Shown in pieces: positions 1-11,333 of a DNA stretch of 64,000 bases (positions are counted from its first letter, which is position 1; each line of letters opens with the position of its first letter). The notes below the pieces were generated by a model. It saw only the letters and a list, made by a program, of their open reading frames with translations. It ran no database searches and had not been told where the DNA came from. The stretch lies in contig JAYWMQ010000043.1 of the NCBI GenBank assembly GCA_035873375.1, positions 67,757-131,756 on the forward strand, in the 5' to 3' direction. Made by a program: the position numbers and the translations under genes. The stretch is from Nitrospirota bacterium. GTDB lineage: Bacteria; Nitrospirota; Thermodesulfovibrionia; Thermodesulfovibrionales; JdFR-85.

Positions 1-937
1 TTACTGCCGAGTCTTTGCCAAGAGGGTGCTCCTTCATTGCATTTAATAAAGATTTTGCCACATTTCTGCCTGCAAAAGCAACAAGCACACCCTCGTTTGC
101 CACATACAGGGGGTCTATCCCCAGCAACTCACAGGCACCCCTGATCCGTGCGGTCAGGGGAATTTTCTCCTCATCTATCTCTATACATGCACCAGCCTCA
201 AGGGCTATCTCTTTAAGGGTTGTTGCAAGTCCACCGCGGGTGGGGTCCCTCATGGCATGAATATCAGGTGTGTGTGAAAGCATGGTATCTACCAGTCCGT
301 TTAAGGCTGCCGTATCACTCAGAACAGGCGGCTCAAAGGTGAGTCCGTTACGTTCAGCCATAACAGCCACACCGTGATTGCCGATGGGACCACTCAGAAT
401 TACCACATCGCCGGGTATGACATTTTTAGGTGAGAGGCATATCCCTTTGCGTACCAACCCGATACCCGAGGTGTTGATGAATATTCCGTCACCCTTTCCT
501 TTGTTGACCACCTTTGTGTCTCCGGTAATAATCCTGACACCTGCTGCCTCTGAGGCATTCTTTACAGAGCCGAGTATCTCCACGAGTGCATCCATGGGAA
601 GGCCTTCCTCAATGATGAGGCTCAGGGACAGACAGAGTGTGGAGGCACCTGTCATGGAGATGTCATTGATGGTGCCGTTGACTGACAGGGAACCAATATC
701 TCCGCCCGGGAAGAAGAGCGGTGAGACAACGTAGCTGTCAGTAGTAAAAACGAGCCTTCCGTTCATTGTTCCCCTGTCAGCGTCTTTTATCTCTAACGGG
801 ACTACGGCAGAGTCATTGAAGTCCTCTATACTGATGAGCGGACCGAGTACATCCCGTATCAGGGAATGCATTGCCTTGCCGCCACTGCCGTGGGCAAGGA
901 GAATCTTTTCATTCCCGTCTTTTCGGTCAATAATCAT
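1..937 (-). CDS. hypE: Hydrogenase maturation protein HypE (PurM/AIR-synthase-like); C-terminus runs off the window
   Basis: Absent from the ORF track because no in-frame stop lies in the window. Own minus-strand translation from ATG 935-937 gives MIIDRKDGNEKILLAHGSGGKAMHSLI...GDIGSLSVNGTINDISMTGA...RIITGDTKVV...MRDPTRGGLATTLKEIA...DPLYVANEGVLVAF, a HypE-type pattern. Plus-strand ORFs 15-260 and 378-734 are antisense artefacts. Confidence 0.8.
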   Translation of the reverse strand, partial: MIIDRKDGNEKILLAHGSGGKAMHSLIRDVLGPLISIEDFNDSAVVPLEIKDADRGTMNGRLVFTTDSYVVSPLFFPGGDIGSLSVNGTINDISMTGASTLCLSLSLIIEEGLPMDALVEILGSVKNASEAAGVRIITGDTKVVNKGKGDGIFINTSGIGLVRKGICLSPKNVIPGDVVILSGPIGNHGVAVMAERNGLTFEPPVLSDTAALNGLVDTMLSHTPDIHAMRDPTRGGLATTLKEIALEAGACIEIDEEKIPLTARIRGACELLGIDPLYVANEGVLVAFAGRNVAKSLLNAMKEHPLGKDSAV

Positions 938-969
938 AATTTTTAGTTCTTCTCCCTTCTGGTTGTTTT

Positions 970-3372
970 TTAAAGTCTCTTTTTTCTCAGCCTCAGGGAG
1001 TTGGTTACAACAGAGACTGAACTGAAGGCCATGGCTGCAGAGGCAAACACAGGGTTCAGCAGCGGTCCTCCAAAGGGATAAAGAATCCCGGCAGCAATCG
1101 GGATTCCAACAACGTTATAGAAAAAAGCCCAGAAGAGGTTCTGTTTTATTGTCCTGAGGGTGAGTTTGCTCAGCTTGATGGCTTCAACCACGCTTCTGAG
1201 GTCTCCCTTAATGAGTGTTATATCTGATGCCTCCATTGCAATGTCGGTTCCTGTTCCAATTGCTATCCCCACATGTGCCTCTGCAAGGGCAGGTGCATCA
1301 TTAATCCCGTCACCTACCATGGCGACTATCTTTTTCTCGTCTTTCAGTTTTTTCACAGCCTCAACCTTTCCTTCCGGTAAAACCCCTGCAAAAAATCTGT
1401 CAATTCCAACCATCTCGGCAATGCGGGCAGCTGTCCGTTCATTGTCTCCTGTCAGCATGACAACTTCAATTCCCATTTCTTTCAGTTCCGAGATGGCCTC
1501 GACCGAGCCCTCTTTTATTGAGTCAGCTATTCCGAAAACACCCCTCACCTTATTGTTGACTGATACAAGGACTGCTGTCTTACCCTCTGATGAGAGTCTT
1601 TCAACCATATCCGGGACTCCGGTCAGGTCAACACCTTCCTTTTCAAGCAGAGAGAGGTTGCCGATAAAAATATTGTCAGTGCCAATCCTTGCTCGTATTC
1701 CACCTCCGGGTATTGCCTCAAACTTTTCAGGTTCTCTTAGATCAAGTCCGAGTTCTTTAGCCTTCCTGACAATGGCTTCAGCCAGAGGGTGTTCCGAGAC
1801 CTTCTCGGCTGATGCAGATAGCTGCAGGACCGCATTTTTATCAGAGCCGTCCGTGCTTATTATATCAGTCAGTTCAGGTTCTCCTTTTGTTATGGTGCCT
1901 GTTTTGTCCAGTACAATGGTCTGTATCCTGTGGGCTGTCTCAAGTGCTTCTGCATTCCTGATGAGGATACCCTTTTCTGCTCCTTTTCCGGTTCCCACCA
2001 TTATCGCCGTAGGCGTGGCAAGCCCAAGGGCACAGGGGCAGGCAATAATCAGAACAGCGATAAAATTCATCAAGGCCCTTGTAAATGCCGGCTCCGGCCC
2101 AAAGAAATACCATATTACAAAAGTGATGGTTGCTGTTATGATTACAACGGGTACAAATATGGAGGCAATCCTGTCAGCAAGCCTCTGTATGGGTGCCTTG
2201 CTTCCCTGTGCCTCCTCCACCAAACGGATTATCTGTGCCAGGGCTGTTTCCCTGCCGATCCTGGTTGCCTTTAATTTAAAGCTGCCGAACTTGTTAATCG
2301 TTCCGCCAAAGACCGTATCGCCTGCAGCCTTTTCAACGGGGAGGCTTTCGCCTGTCAGCATGGATTCATCAACTGAGGAATAACCGTTTGTCACAATTCC
2401 GTCCACAGGTATCCTTTCTCCTGGCCGTACAATAACCGTATCACCTGCCACAACCTCTTCAATGGGTATTTCCGACTCTCTTCCATTGCGCTCCACCCTT
2501 GCCGTCTTTGCCTGAAGTCCGATGAGTTTCCTTATGGCCTCGGATGTCCTCCCCTTTGCCCTTGCCTCAAGAAGACGCCCCAGGAGTATGAGAGTGATTA
2601 TTATTGATGAGGTATCAAAATAAATATGTGCCTTCAGCCCACCACTTTCAAATATTTCGGGGAAGAAGGTTGCTGTTACGCTATAGAGGTAGGCTGCAGA
2701 TGTGCCCATGGCAATAAGGGTGTTCATGTTTGTTGAGAGATGCTTTATAGCCACCCATGCACCCCTGTAAAACCGTATGCCTGCCCAGAACTGGACTACA
2801 GTGGCAAGCAGGAAGAGGGTATACCAGCTTGACAGGAGGGGTATGCTGGTAAAGCTTCCGAGGAGAATCAGAGCTGAAATGACGGCACTGACCCTGAACT
2901 TCAGCAGGAGGTTCCTGTATTCCCTTTCCCGGCTCTCCTTTTCCCTGTCTGTGAACTCCTCTGTTATTGCCTCTGCCTCATATCCCTCTGCCTTTACTGC
3001 CTTCTTGAAATCCTCAAACCCGGTGAGCGTTGGAATATACTCAACCACCGCCTTTTCGGACGCGAGATTGACATTGACACTCACCACACCATAGGGTTTC
3101 TTTAAGGCCCGCTCAACTGCTGCCACACATGCAGCACATGTCATTCCCCTTATTGCAAATTCCAGCCTTGAAGTTGCTACGTCGTATCCCTCTGCCTTAA
3201 CAGCCTGAATCAGACTTTCAATTGGAATGTAATCACTTGCGGTAATTGATGCCTTTTCAGAGGCAAAATTTACTGACACTTCCGTGACCCCTTCGATTTT
3301 ACTCAGGGCCCTCTCCACTGCCTTTACACAGGAGGCACACGTCATCCCCTTTACAGGTAAGGTTATTCTCAT
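970..3372 (-). CDS. copA: Copper-translocating P1B-type ATPase with two N-terminal heavy-metal-binding domains
   Basis: 800 aa. Two GMTCxxC motifs (GMTCASC, GMTCAAC), TGES-type [11 protein letters not shown] in [18 protein letters not shown] phosphorylation site, [14 protein letters not shown]. Confidence 0.93.
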   Translation of the reverse strand: MRITLPVKGMTCASCVKAVERALSKIEGVTEVSVNFASEKASITASDYIPIESLIQAVKAEGYDVATSRLEFAIRGMTCAACVAAVERALKKPYGVVSVNVNLASEKAVVEYIPTLTGFEDFKKAVKAEGYEAEAITEEFTDREKESREREYRNLLLKFRVSAVISALILLGSFTSIPLLSSWYTLFLLATVVQFWAGIRFYRGAWVAIKHLSTNMNTLIAMGTSAAYLYSVTATFFPEIFESGGLKAHIYFDTSSIIITLILLGRLLEARAKGRTSEAIRKLIGLQAKTARVERNGRESEIPIEEVVAGDTVIVRPGERIPVDGIVTNGYSSVDESMLTGESLPVEKAAGDTVFGGTINKFGSFKLKATRIGRETALAQIIRLVEEAQGSKAPIQRLADRIASIFVPVVIITATITFVIWYFFGPEPAFTRALMNFIAVLIIACPCALGLATPTAIMVGTGKGAEKGILIRNAEALETAHRIQTIVLDKTGTITKGEPELTDIISTDGSDKNAVLQLSASAEKVSEHPLAEAIVRKAKELGLDLREPEKFEAIPGGGIRARIGTDNIFIGNLSLLEKEGVDLTGVPDMVERLSSEGKTAVLVSVNNKVRGVFGIADSIKEGSVEAISELKEMGIEVVMLTGDNERTAARIAEMVGIDRFFAGVLPEGKVEAVKKLKDEKKIVAMVGDGINDAPALAEAHVGIAIGTGTDIAMEASDITLIKGDLRSVVEAIKLSKLTLRTIKQNLFWAFFYNVVGIPIAAGILYPFGGPLLNPVFASAAMAFSSVSVVTNSLRLRKKRL

Positions 3373-3522
3373 TCAGGATGCCTTATGGATTTTTTGTCTT
3401 TCATTTAATTTATTATTTGAAATATTATACTATTATTCTATACTGTATTATATACTCTAATTGATGAAGAAATTATGAAAAAGACAGAGCGGCGAATGAT
3501 TAGCATGTACTTACCTGCATAG

Positions 3523-3744
<222 letters not shown>

Positions 3745-3752
3745 TGAAAGGC

Positions 3753-3775
3753 GGGGAGGGCATTTATCCCTCCCC
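3753..3775. terminator. GC-rich hairpin between convergent genes (candidate bidirectional terminator)
   Basis: GGGGAGGG-CATTTAT-CCCTCCCC lies directly after the ferredoxin stop and before the 3' end of the minus-strand gene 3803-4231. Confidence 0.5.
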
Positions 3776-3802
3776 CTTTCCTGATATTCTGTTTTTCTGT
3801 TT

Positions 3803-4231
3803 TTATGCCTTTTTAGAACGTTTTCCGGAAACGGCCCTTCCAGCAGGTTTTTTAGAAGTTACTTTTTTTGTAGCCTTTTTGGCGGTCTTTTTCCCCGGCT
3901 TGGCTTTCCTCGTCACTTTTTTTGGTATTCCGGCTTCAAGCTTTTCGATCTGACCCTCTATCTTCCTGATCTTTTCGACAATAGCGGTAATTTTTTCATT
4001 GGTCATGGGGTTTCTTCTCTTATCGGACGCAACTTCGTAGACCCTTCCGCCAAGGTCTGTCAGGAGAACCTGAATCTTCTGTTTTAGTTCAAATACCTTC
4101 ACCTTTTTCTTAACGTCGTCAGACAGGGTTCCAGCCCTTTTCTTGATAACAGTTGTTCCTTCCTTGAAGGCGTGTAATCCCTCATCAAAGCCTTTCTTGA
4201 TGTCTTTTTTCAGCTTATCCCAAAAAGCCAT
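3803..4231 (-). CDS. Hypothetical coiled-coil protein with a Lys/Ala-rich histone-H1-like C-terminal tail
   Basis: 142 aa. The N-terminal two thirds are helical/charged. The last ~40 aa read KKVTRKAKPGKKTAKKATKKVTSKKPAGRAVSGKRSKKA. A GGAGG lies upstream of the ATG. Confidence 0.55.
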   Translation of the reverse strand: MAFWDKLKKDIKKGFDEGLHAFKEGTTVIKKRAGTLSDDVKKKVKVFELKQKIQVLLTDLGGRVYEVASDKRRNPMTNEKITAIVEKIRKIEGQIEKLEAGIPKKVTRKAKPGKKTAKKATKKVTSKKPAGRAVSGKRSKKA

Positions 4232-4350
4232 AAGTCCTCCTTGCCATGTTTTTTTAAAATCATGCCCTAATTATAGCATTATAGCATATTGCAAGAGCAG
4301 GTCAATTTAAAAAACTTTTGATTCTATAAGAATTTTTTTTCTCTACATTC

Positions 4351-4380
4351 TTGACAAAGGACAAATATCTGTGATAAAGT
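4351..4380 (+). promoter_or_regulatory. Candidate sigma-70 promoter of the atp operon
   Basis: TTGACA (4351-4356), 18 nt spacer, TAAAGT (4375-4380), about 50 nt upstream of atpF'. Confidence 0.35.
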
Positions 4381-4429
4381 TCACCACGATTTCACATAAC
4401 TATATAAAACTTAAACCCCTGGAGAGAAG

Positions 4430-4855
4430 ATGCTCGAATTAAACAAATGGTTTTTTGTCCAGTTAGCCAATTTTCTTATTTTACTGTTTCTGCTTAATAT
4501 CCTGCTTTTCAGACCACTCCTGAATCTCTTTAAAGAGCGAAAGGAAAATATAGACGGTGCCATTGAGGAGGCGAAGAGGCTTAACGAAAAGAAGGATGAG
4601 GAATTAGCCAGGTTTAATAAGGAACTATCTGATGCAAGAGAGAAGGCAAAAGATTTCTACAACTCTTTGCGGCAGGAAGGTCTCCTGAAACAGAAAGAGA
4701 TGATTGCACAGGCCCAGGCGGAAGCCCTGAAGGAGATAGATGCGGCACAGGCAGAGATAAGAAGAGAGACCGAGAAAGTCCGCAGACTCCTTGGTGATGA
4801 TGTGAGAAGGTTCTCGGAAGAGATTGTTGAAAAGCTTATTGAAGTAGAAGTATAA
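4430..4855 (+). CDS. atpF2: F-type ATP synthase Fo subunit b'
   Basis: 141 aa with one N-terminal TM helix followed by a long charged helix (EEAKRLNEKKDEELARF...). First gene of the atp cluster. Confidence 0.8.
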   Translation: MLELNKWFFVQLANFLILLFLLNILLFRPLLNLFKERKENIDGAIEEAKRLNEKKDEELARFNKELSDAREKAKDFYNSLRQEGLLKQKEMIAQAQAEALKEIDAAQAEIRRETEKVRRLLGDDVRRFSEEIVEKLIEVEV

Positions 4856-4889
4856 ATACAAAAACCTTTTATTAATAATTAAATGAGGT

Positions 4890-5516
4890 ATGAATAAGAA
4901 CGTGAGCAATAAAGAAAATCAAAAATCGAAAATCAAAAATCGAAAGTCTATTTCCCCTTTTATCAGTTTTGTTATAGTCTTTGTCCTTTCACTGTCTCAT
5001 GCAGCAGCAGTCTTTGCCATGAAAGGAGAGGGTGAGGGCGGCAGTGACTGGCAGAGTTGGCTATGGAAGATAGTCAATTTCGCCATCCTTCTGTTTATCC
5101 TTCTGAAATTTCTCAAAAAACCCATGAAGGACTATTTTAAACAAAGGACCGAATTGATAGAGAAGTCGCTGACCGAGGCAAGAGAAGCAAAGGAGCTGGC
5201 ACAGAAGGCCCTTAAGGAAGTGGAAGAAAAGTTGACGCTTAAAGACCAGGAGATAGAGAGGATAATTGAATCTGCAAAACAGTCCGGCCAGGCGGAGCAT
5301 GATAATCTGATTGAGCAGGGTAAAGAGATGAGCGAGAAGATAAGACAGCAGGTCAGGACGAATATAGAGATGGAACTGAAGAATGCCAAGGCAGCTCTGA
5401 GGGCAGAGGCTTCAGGGCTGGCACTGAAATTGGCAGAAAAGAGGCTTAGGGAAAGGCTCACGGAAGAAGAACAGATGAGGCTCCTTGAAGAATCCATTAA
5501 GAGGTTAGAGGGTTAG
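4890..5516 (+). CDS. atpF: F-type ATP synthase Fo subunit b (extended N-terminus)
   Basis: 208 aa. The TM segment WLWKIVNFAILLFILLKFL is followed by a b-subunit-type coiled coil. The N-terminal extension contains a heptamer array. Confidence 0.8.
   Translation: MNKNVSNKENQKSKIKNRKSISPFISFVIVFVLSLSHAAAVFAMKGEGEGGSDWQSWLWKIVNFAILLFILLKFLKKPMKDYFKQRTELIEKSLTEAREAKELAQKALKEVEEKLTLKDQEIERIIESAKQSGQAEHDNLIEQGKEMSEKIRQQVRTNIEMELKNAKAALRAEASGLALKLAEKRLRERLTEEEQMRLLEESIKRLEG
4914..4948 (+). repeat. Heptamer tandem array (RAAAATC x5) inside the atpF 5' region
   Basis: gaaaatc aaaaatc gaaaatc aaaaatc gaaagtc, encoding ENQKSKIKNRKS. Confidence 0.85.
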
Positions 5517-5517
5517 G

Positions 5518-6063
5518 ATGGCAGGTAAAGAGAAGAGATTTGCAAAGAAATATGCGAGGATGTTTTTTAATACTACAGGTGTGGATCTTGCCGAAAGGGC
5601 CATTGCCGAGTTGAATATTATCAATGACCTGATGAACGGAAGCAAGGAGATAAAGAACTTTTTTCTGAGCCCACTATTTGCAGAGGAAGAGAGACAGAAG
5701 ACGATTGAGGCTCTTTCCGGGAAGCTTGGATTCTCTGAGGTGACAAGAAACTTTCTTGTCTTTATCACTCAGCACAAGGCGGTGTCAGCCCTTCCGGATA
5801 TCATCAGGCATTTTGTTAATATATATTTTGAGAAAAAGAAGAAGGCGAAGGCCACTGTAGTAACACCGTTTAAGTTTGACGGGAAGTATGAGGACAGGCT
5901 TGTAGCATCTCTCCGGAAACTTACAGGCAGGGATGTTGATATTGAGTATCTTTATGATCCGGAACTGCTTGGCGGTATTGTAGTGAAGGTTGGCAGTACG
6001 ATGTACGACAGTAGCCTGAAGGGTCAGCTCAGGCTATTAAAAGAAGAGTTAATAAAGGGGTGA
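5518..6063 (+). CDS. atpH: F-type ATP synthase F1 subunit delta (OSCP)
   Basis: 181 aa in the expected position between b and alpha. C-terminal [22 protein letters not shown] is a typical delta signature. Confidence 0.85.
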   Translation: MAGKEKRFAKKYARMFFNTTGVDLAERAIAELNIINDLMNGSKEIKNFFLSPLFAEEERQKTIEALSGKLGFSEVTRNFLVFITQHKAVSALPDIIRHFVNIYFEKKKKAKATVVTPFKFDGKYEDRLVASLRKLTGRDVDIEYLYDPELLGGIVVKVGSTMYDSSLKGQLRLLKEELIKG

Positions 6064-6064
6064 T

Positions 6065-7576
6065 ATGATGGAAATCAAGGTTGAAGAAATCAGCGAGCTG
6101 ATTAAAAAGCAGATTAGCGACTTTGAAAAAAAGGTTGATGTCAGCGAGATCGGGACTGTTTTGAGTGTTGGTGACGGTATTGCCAGGGTTTATGGTCTGG
6201 AAAATGCCATGGCGAGTGAGCTTCTGGAGTTTCCTAATAATGTCTTCGGCATGGCACTGAACCTTGAGGAAGACATGGTTGGTACGGTGCTTTTTGGTGA
6301 GGATACCTTCATTAAGGAAGGAGATATCGTAAAACGTACCGGCAGGATCATGGAAGTTCCTGTTGGTGATGCAATGCTCGGCAGGGTTGTCAATGCCATT
6401 GGCCAGCCCATTGACGGCAAGGGTCCGATTGATACAAAAGACACAAGGCATGTCGATATTGTTGCACCCGGCATAGTGGACAGACAGCCTGTTGGTGAGC
6501 CTTTGCAGACGGGTTTGAAGGCGATAGATGCAATGATTCCGATAGGCAGGGGGCAGAGGGAACTTATTATTGGTGACCGTCAGACAGGAAAAACAGCCAT
6601 TGCAATAGACGCCATTATCAATCAGAAGGACACCGATGTTTTCTGTATCTATGTTGCAATCGGTCAAAAGAGGGCATCAGTTGCGAGGGTAGTCAAGACA
6701 CTCGAAGAGAATGGGGCGCTGGATTATACAATCGTTGTTGCCTCTACAGCTTCAGAGCCGGCACCACTGCAGTATATTGCCCCTTATTCGGGTTGTGCCT
6801 TGGGTGAATTCTTCAGGGATAACGGCAAACACGCACTTATAATATATGATGACTTAAGTAAGCAGGCTGCTGCTTACAGGCAGCTCTCGCTTCTACTGAG
6901 GCGTCCGCCAGGACGTGAGGCATACCCTGGAGATGTCTTTTATCTGCACTCAAGATTGCTTGAGAGGGCGGCAAAGCTCTCGGACAAGCTTGGTGGAGGT
7001 TCCCTGACGGCACTTCCAATAATTGAAACACAGGCTGGTGACGTCTCGGCATACATCCCGACCAATGTTATATCCATTACAGACGGCCAGATATATCTTG
7101 AACCTGATCTTTTTTACGCCGGTATCAGACCTGCTGTTAATGTCGGCCTTTCAGTCAGCCGTGTTGGTGGCGCTGCACAGACAAAGGCAATGAAACAGGT
7201 TGCAGGAACCCTGAGGCTGGACCTTGCACAGTTCAGGGAGCTGGCAGCCTTTGCCCAGTTCGGCTCCGACCTTGACAAGTCAACGCTCATGCAGATAGAA
7301 CGTGGGAAGAGGATGGTGGAGCTGCTGAAGCAGGGCCAGTATCAGCCACTCACGATGGATGAGCAGATAATAGTGCTTTATGCGGGCACTCAGGGGTTCC
7401 TTGATGACCTCCCGGTTGAGGCTATAGGCAGCTTTGAGCAGGGACTTCTCAGTTATTTCAGGAGTCAGAAACCTGAAATAAAAGAGGAGATAATGACTAA
7501 AAAAGCCCTTGATGAGGAGCTTAAGAATAAAATTAATGAGGCAATATCTGCCTTTAAATCAACGTTTCAGCCTTAA
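6065..7576 (+). CDS. atpA: F-type ATP synthase F1 subunit alpha
   Basis: 503 aa. Walker [12 protein letters not shown]; [24 protein letters not shown]. Confidence 0.97.
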   Translation: MMEIKVEEISELIKKQISDFEKKVDVSEIGTVLSVGDGIARVYGLENAMASELLEFPNNVFGMALNLEEDMVGTVLFGEDTFIKEGDIVKRTGRIMEVPVGDAMLGRVVNAIGQPIDGKGPIDTKDTRHVDIVAPGIVDRQPVGEPLQTGLKAIDAMIPIGRGQRELIIGDRQTGKTAIAIDAIINQKDTDVFCIYVAIGQKRASVARVVKTLEENGALDYTIVVASTASEPAPLQYIAPYSGCALGEFFRDNGKHALIIYDDLSKQAAAYRQLSLLLRRPPGREAYPGDVFYLHSRLLERAAKLSDKLGGGSLTALPIIETQAGDVSAYIPTNVISITDGQIYLEPDLFYAGIRPAVNVGLSVSRVGGAAQTKAMKQVAGTLRLDLAQFRELAAFAQFGSDLDKSTLMQIERGKRMVELLKQGQYQPLTMDEQIIVLYAGTQGFLDDLPVEAIGSFEQGLLSYFRSQKPEIKEEIMTKKALDEELKNKINEAISAFKSTFQP

Positions 7577-7577
7577 A

Positions 7578-7598
7578 ATTGAAGATTGACAATTGAAA
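7578..7598 (+). repeat. ATTGAMN heptamer array (3 units), atpA-atpG spacer
   Basis: attgaag attgaca attgaaa, directly after the atpA stop. Confidence 0.8.
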
Positions 7599-7667
7599 AA
7601 TGCGAAAGGCATAAATCAGGAATGGTTAATCAAAAGACGATTGATGAATGAATGTAAATGAGACTTC

Positions 7668-7688
7668 TCAATAGTCAATAGTCAATAA
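7668..7688 (-). repeat. ATTGAC-type heptamer array in inverted orientation
   Basis: tcaatag tcaatag tcaataa is the reverse complement of ATTGACT units. It lies just upstream of the atpG RBS. Confidence 0.8.
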
Positions 7689-7702
7689 ATAAAGAGGGAT
7701 AG

Positions 7703-8569
7703 ATGGCAACCTTAAGAGATATAAAAAGAAGAATAACCTCCATCAAGAGTACGTCCAAGATAACGAGGGCGATGAAGATGGTCTCTGCCGCCAAGCTGAG
7801 GAGGGCGCAGGATAGGATGTTTGCCCTGAGACCCTATTCGGACAAGATGAGGGAGGTTCTGTTGTCACTTGCACAGCCGGGAGGCCAGGACAGGCACCCC
7901 CTGCTTAAGGTAAGACCGAGGAAGACCGTTGAGGTTTTAATACTTACAAGTGACAAGGGCCTGTGTGGAGCCTTTAATACCAATGTCTTAAAGGCAGGGG
8001 AGAGTCTTGTCAGAGACCTTAGAACAGAGGGTTTTGAGGTAAGTATAAGCACTATTGGCAGAAAGGCCAAGGATTATTTTAAACGTAGAAACACTCCGAT
8101 AAGACAGGTTTGGACCGGGCTATCCGGAAAGATATCCTATACATCAGCTCAGGAAATAGCAGTTGATTTAATGGACGAGTATATCGATGAGACATTTGAT
8201 GAGTTGTATCTCATATACAACGAATTCAAGTCAGTTGCTTCCCAGAAGGTTACCAAACTGCGTCTTCTTCCATTAGGTGAAGTGGAGCATAAAGAGGAAG
8301 AGGAGATGAAGGATTTTCTCTTTGAACCTGCCGAGGAAGAGATATTTAACAGGTTGCTGCCGAAGAGTGTTGAGATTCAGATTTACAGAAGCATGCTGGA
8401 GTCCCGTGTTTCAGAAGAGGCTGCGAGGATGACGGCGATGGAAAATGCCACAAAGAGCGCAGAAGACATGATCGATAGATTGACCCTTGAATATAATAAG
8501 GCGCGTCAGGCAACTATTACCAGGGAACTTATGGATATAGTCGGTGGAGCTGAGGCGATTAATGATTGA
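7703..8569 (+). CDS. atpG: F-type ATP synthase F1 subunit gamma
   Basis: 288 aa. MATLRDIKRRITSIKSTSKITRAMKMVSAAKLRRAQ...; C-terminal ITRELMDIVGGAEA. Confidence 0.95.
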   Translation: MATLRDIKRRITSIKSTSKITRAMKMVSAAKLRRAQDRMFALRPYSDKMREVLLSLAQPGGQDRHPLLKVRPRKTVEVLILTSDKGLCGAFNTNVLKAGESLVRDLRTEGFEVSISTIGRKAKDYFKRRNTPIRQVWTGLSGKISYTSAQEIAVDLMDEYIDETFDELYLIYNEFKSVASQKVTKLRLLPLGEVEHKEEEEMKDFLFEPAEEEIFNRLLPKSVEIQIYRSMLESRVSEEAARMTAMENATKSAEDMIDRLTLEYNKARQATITRELMDIVGGAEAIND

Positions 8570-8601
8570 CGATTGACAGGATTGATTATTGACAATTGGA
8601 A
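8558..8601 (+). repeat. ATTGAMN heptamer array (6 units, one 2-nt interruption) spanning the atpG stop codon
   Basis: attaatg attgacg attgaca gg attgatt attgaca attggaa. The atpG TGA (8567-8569) sits inside unit 2. Confidence 0.85.
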
Positions 8602-8631
8602 ATAAAAAGGGATTATTCATTTATCAAATAG

Positions 8632-10074
<1,443 letters not shown>

Positions 10075-10145
10075 TAATCCAAGCACTTAACGGGTAATGC
10101 TGAATTAAAGATTATGGTGATAGAAATTACAGAATGGAGTTTTAA

Positions 10146-10565
10146 ATGGCTGAAAAATTAACCCTTGAGGTGGTGTCACCTTACGGTTTGGTTCTGAAAG
10201 AAGAGGTTGATGAGGTAGTTGCTACCGGTTCGGAGGGTGAGTTTGGAGTCTTGCCGGGACATGTACCCCTTGTAACCACCCTCAAGATCGGGATGCTTGT
10301 GTGCAAAGAGGGTGGAACAGTAAGTTATGTCTTTGTTAATTCCGGTTATGCAGAGGTTAATGAAGACAGGGTTTTGATCCTTGCAGACAGTGCCGAACGT
10401 GCAGAGGATATAGATGTGGAAAGGGCAAAAAATGCAATGAAGCGCGCTGAGGAGAGGTTGAGAAAGCAGGAAGAGATTGACTTTGCCCGTGCACAGGCTG
10501 CACTTGACAGGGCGATCATAAGGGTGCAGCTTGCTGAAAAAAAGGGACATCAAAAATCCCTGTAG
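10146..10565 (+). CDS. atpC: F-type ATP synthase F1 subunit epsilon
   Basis: 139 aa. LEVVSP...GEFGVLPGHVPLVT; last gene of the cluster. Confidence 0.92.
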   Translation: MAEKLTLEVVSPYGLVLKEEVDEVVATGSEGEFGVLPGHVPLVTTLKIGMLVCKEGGTVSYVFVNSGYAEVNEDRVLILADSAERAEDIDVERAKNAMKRAEERLRKQEEIDFARAQAALDRAIIRVQLAEKKGHQKSL

Positions 10566-10600
10566 TTGAAAAAAGTTGCAGATTCATGTTTTAATATTGC

Positions 10601-10716
10601 TGCCTTTAAACTGACCCGGTGAGGCCGGTAAGGCAGGGGGATCTGAAGATTACTCTAAAAACCGCAATTAATGTATTGAAAACCTTTCTCCTGAAAGCAG
10701 GGGGAAAGGTTTTTTT
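10601..10716 (+). promoter_or_regulatory. Candidate PyrR-dependent transcription attenuator (binding hairpin plus terminator)
   Basis: Hairpin TGCCTT...CCGG-TGAGG-CCGG...AAGGCA (10601-10636). The GCAGGGGGA segment is repeated at 10632 and 10698. Terminator CCTTTCTCC-TGAAAGCA-GGGGGAAAGG plus T7 (10682-10716) ends 5 nt before the pyrR ATG. Confidence 0.5.
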
Positions 10717-10721
10717 ATGTC

Positions 10722-11252
10722 ATGCCTAAGGAACTTCTTGATAGCAAGGATATGGACAGGACCATTACAAGAATGGCTCACGAGATTCTTGAGAAGAACA
10801 GGGGAGTGGAAAGAGTCTGTCTTGTGGGTATTCAGAGGGGCGGAGTTTACCTGGCTAAAAGACTTGCCGAGAAGATCAAGCTGATAGAGGGACGGGATGT
10901 GCCTGTTGGTGCACTGGATATTGCCCTGTATAGGGATGACCTCAATATCCGCAAGGAATATCCTGCGGTAAGAAAAACAGACATACCTTTTGAGATAACC
11001 GGACAGGTGGTTGTTCTGGTGGATGATGTGTTGTTTACCGGCCGTTCAATAAGGGCGGCAATGGATGCCTTAATGGATATAGGGCGGCCGGCAAGGATTG
11101 AACTTGCAGTCCTTATAGACCGGGGGCACAGGGAACTGCCTGTACGTGCGGACTTTGTGGGAAGAAATATTCCAACTTCCCATGAAGAAAACATAGTGGT
11201 TGAATTTCTGGAAGAGGGCGGTAAAGACAGGGTTGTCCTTAACCAGGATTGA
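10722..11252 (+). CDS. pyrR: Bifunctional pyr operon regulator / uracil phosphoribosyltransferase
   Basis: 176 aa. PRPP-binding VVVLVDDVLFTGRSIRAA; LVGIQRGGVYLA. Confidence 0.92.
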   Translation: MPKELLDSKDMDRTITRMAHEILEKNRGVERVCLVGIQRGGVYLAKRLAEKIKLIEGRDVPVGALDIALYRDDLNIRKEYPAVRKTDIPFEITGQVVVLVDDVLFTGRSIRAAMDALMDIGRPARIELAVLIDRGHRELPVRADFVGRNIPTSHEENIVVEFLEEGGKDRVVLNQD

Positions 11253-11333
11253 GAAAAAACGTTATGAGACAATAGGAGAGTAAGGGATTACGTATAATCC
11301 GAAACTTGCAACTTGTACGGGGTGAAACAATAA

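Noticed and set aside
1-3. TTA at the window start read as a TAA stop for hypE on the minus strand
   Set aside because: It is out of frame with the ATG at 937. The hypE codons occupy 2-4, 5-7 and so on. The gene simply runs off the window, which is why it is missing from the ORF track.
1160-2383. 407-aa plus-strand ORF (and 1930-2274, 2777-3094) inside copA
   Set aside because: Antisense to a motif-rich P-type ATPase. The Ser/Pro/Ala-rich low-complexity translation is typical of the reverse frame of a GC-balanced gene, and there is no RBS.
6029-6667. 212-aa minus-strand ORF overlapping atpH and atpA
   Set aside because: Antisense to the highly conserved atpA N-terminus, with no motifs. Similar antisense ORFs across atpD, pyrB, carA, carB and mtaD were rejected for the same reason.
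7578-8601. Possible CRISPR array (short regular repeats)
   Set aside because: The units are 7 nt and directly abutting with no spacers, there are no cas genes, and the same phenomenon occurs inside coding sequences. These are microsatellite or STRR-like arrays, not CRISPR.
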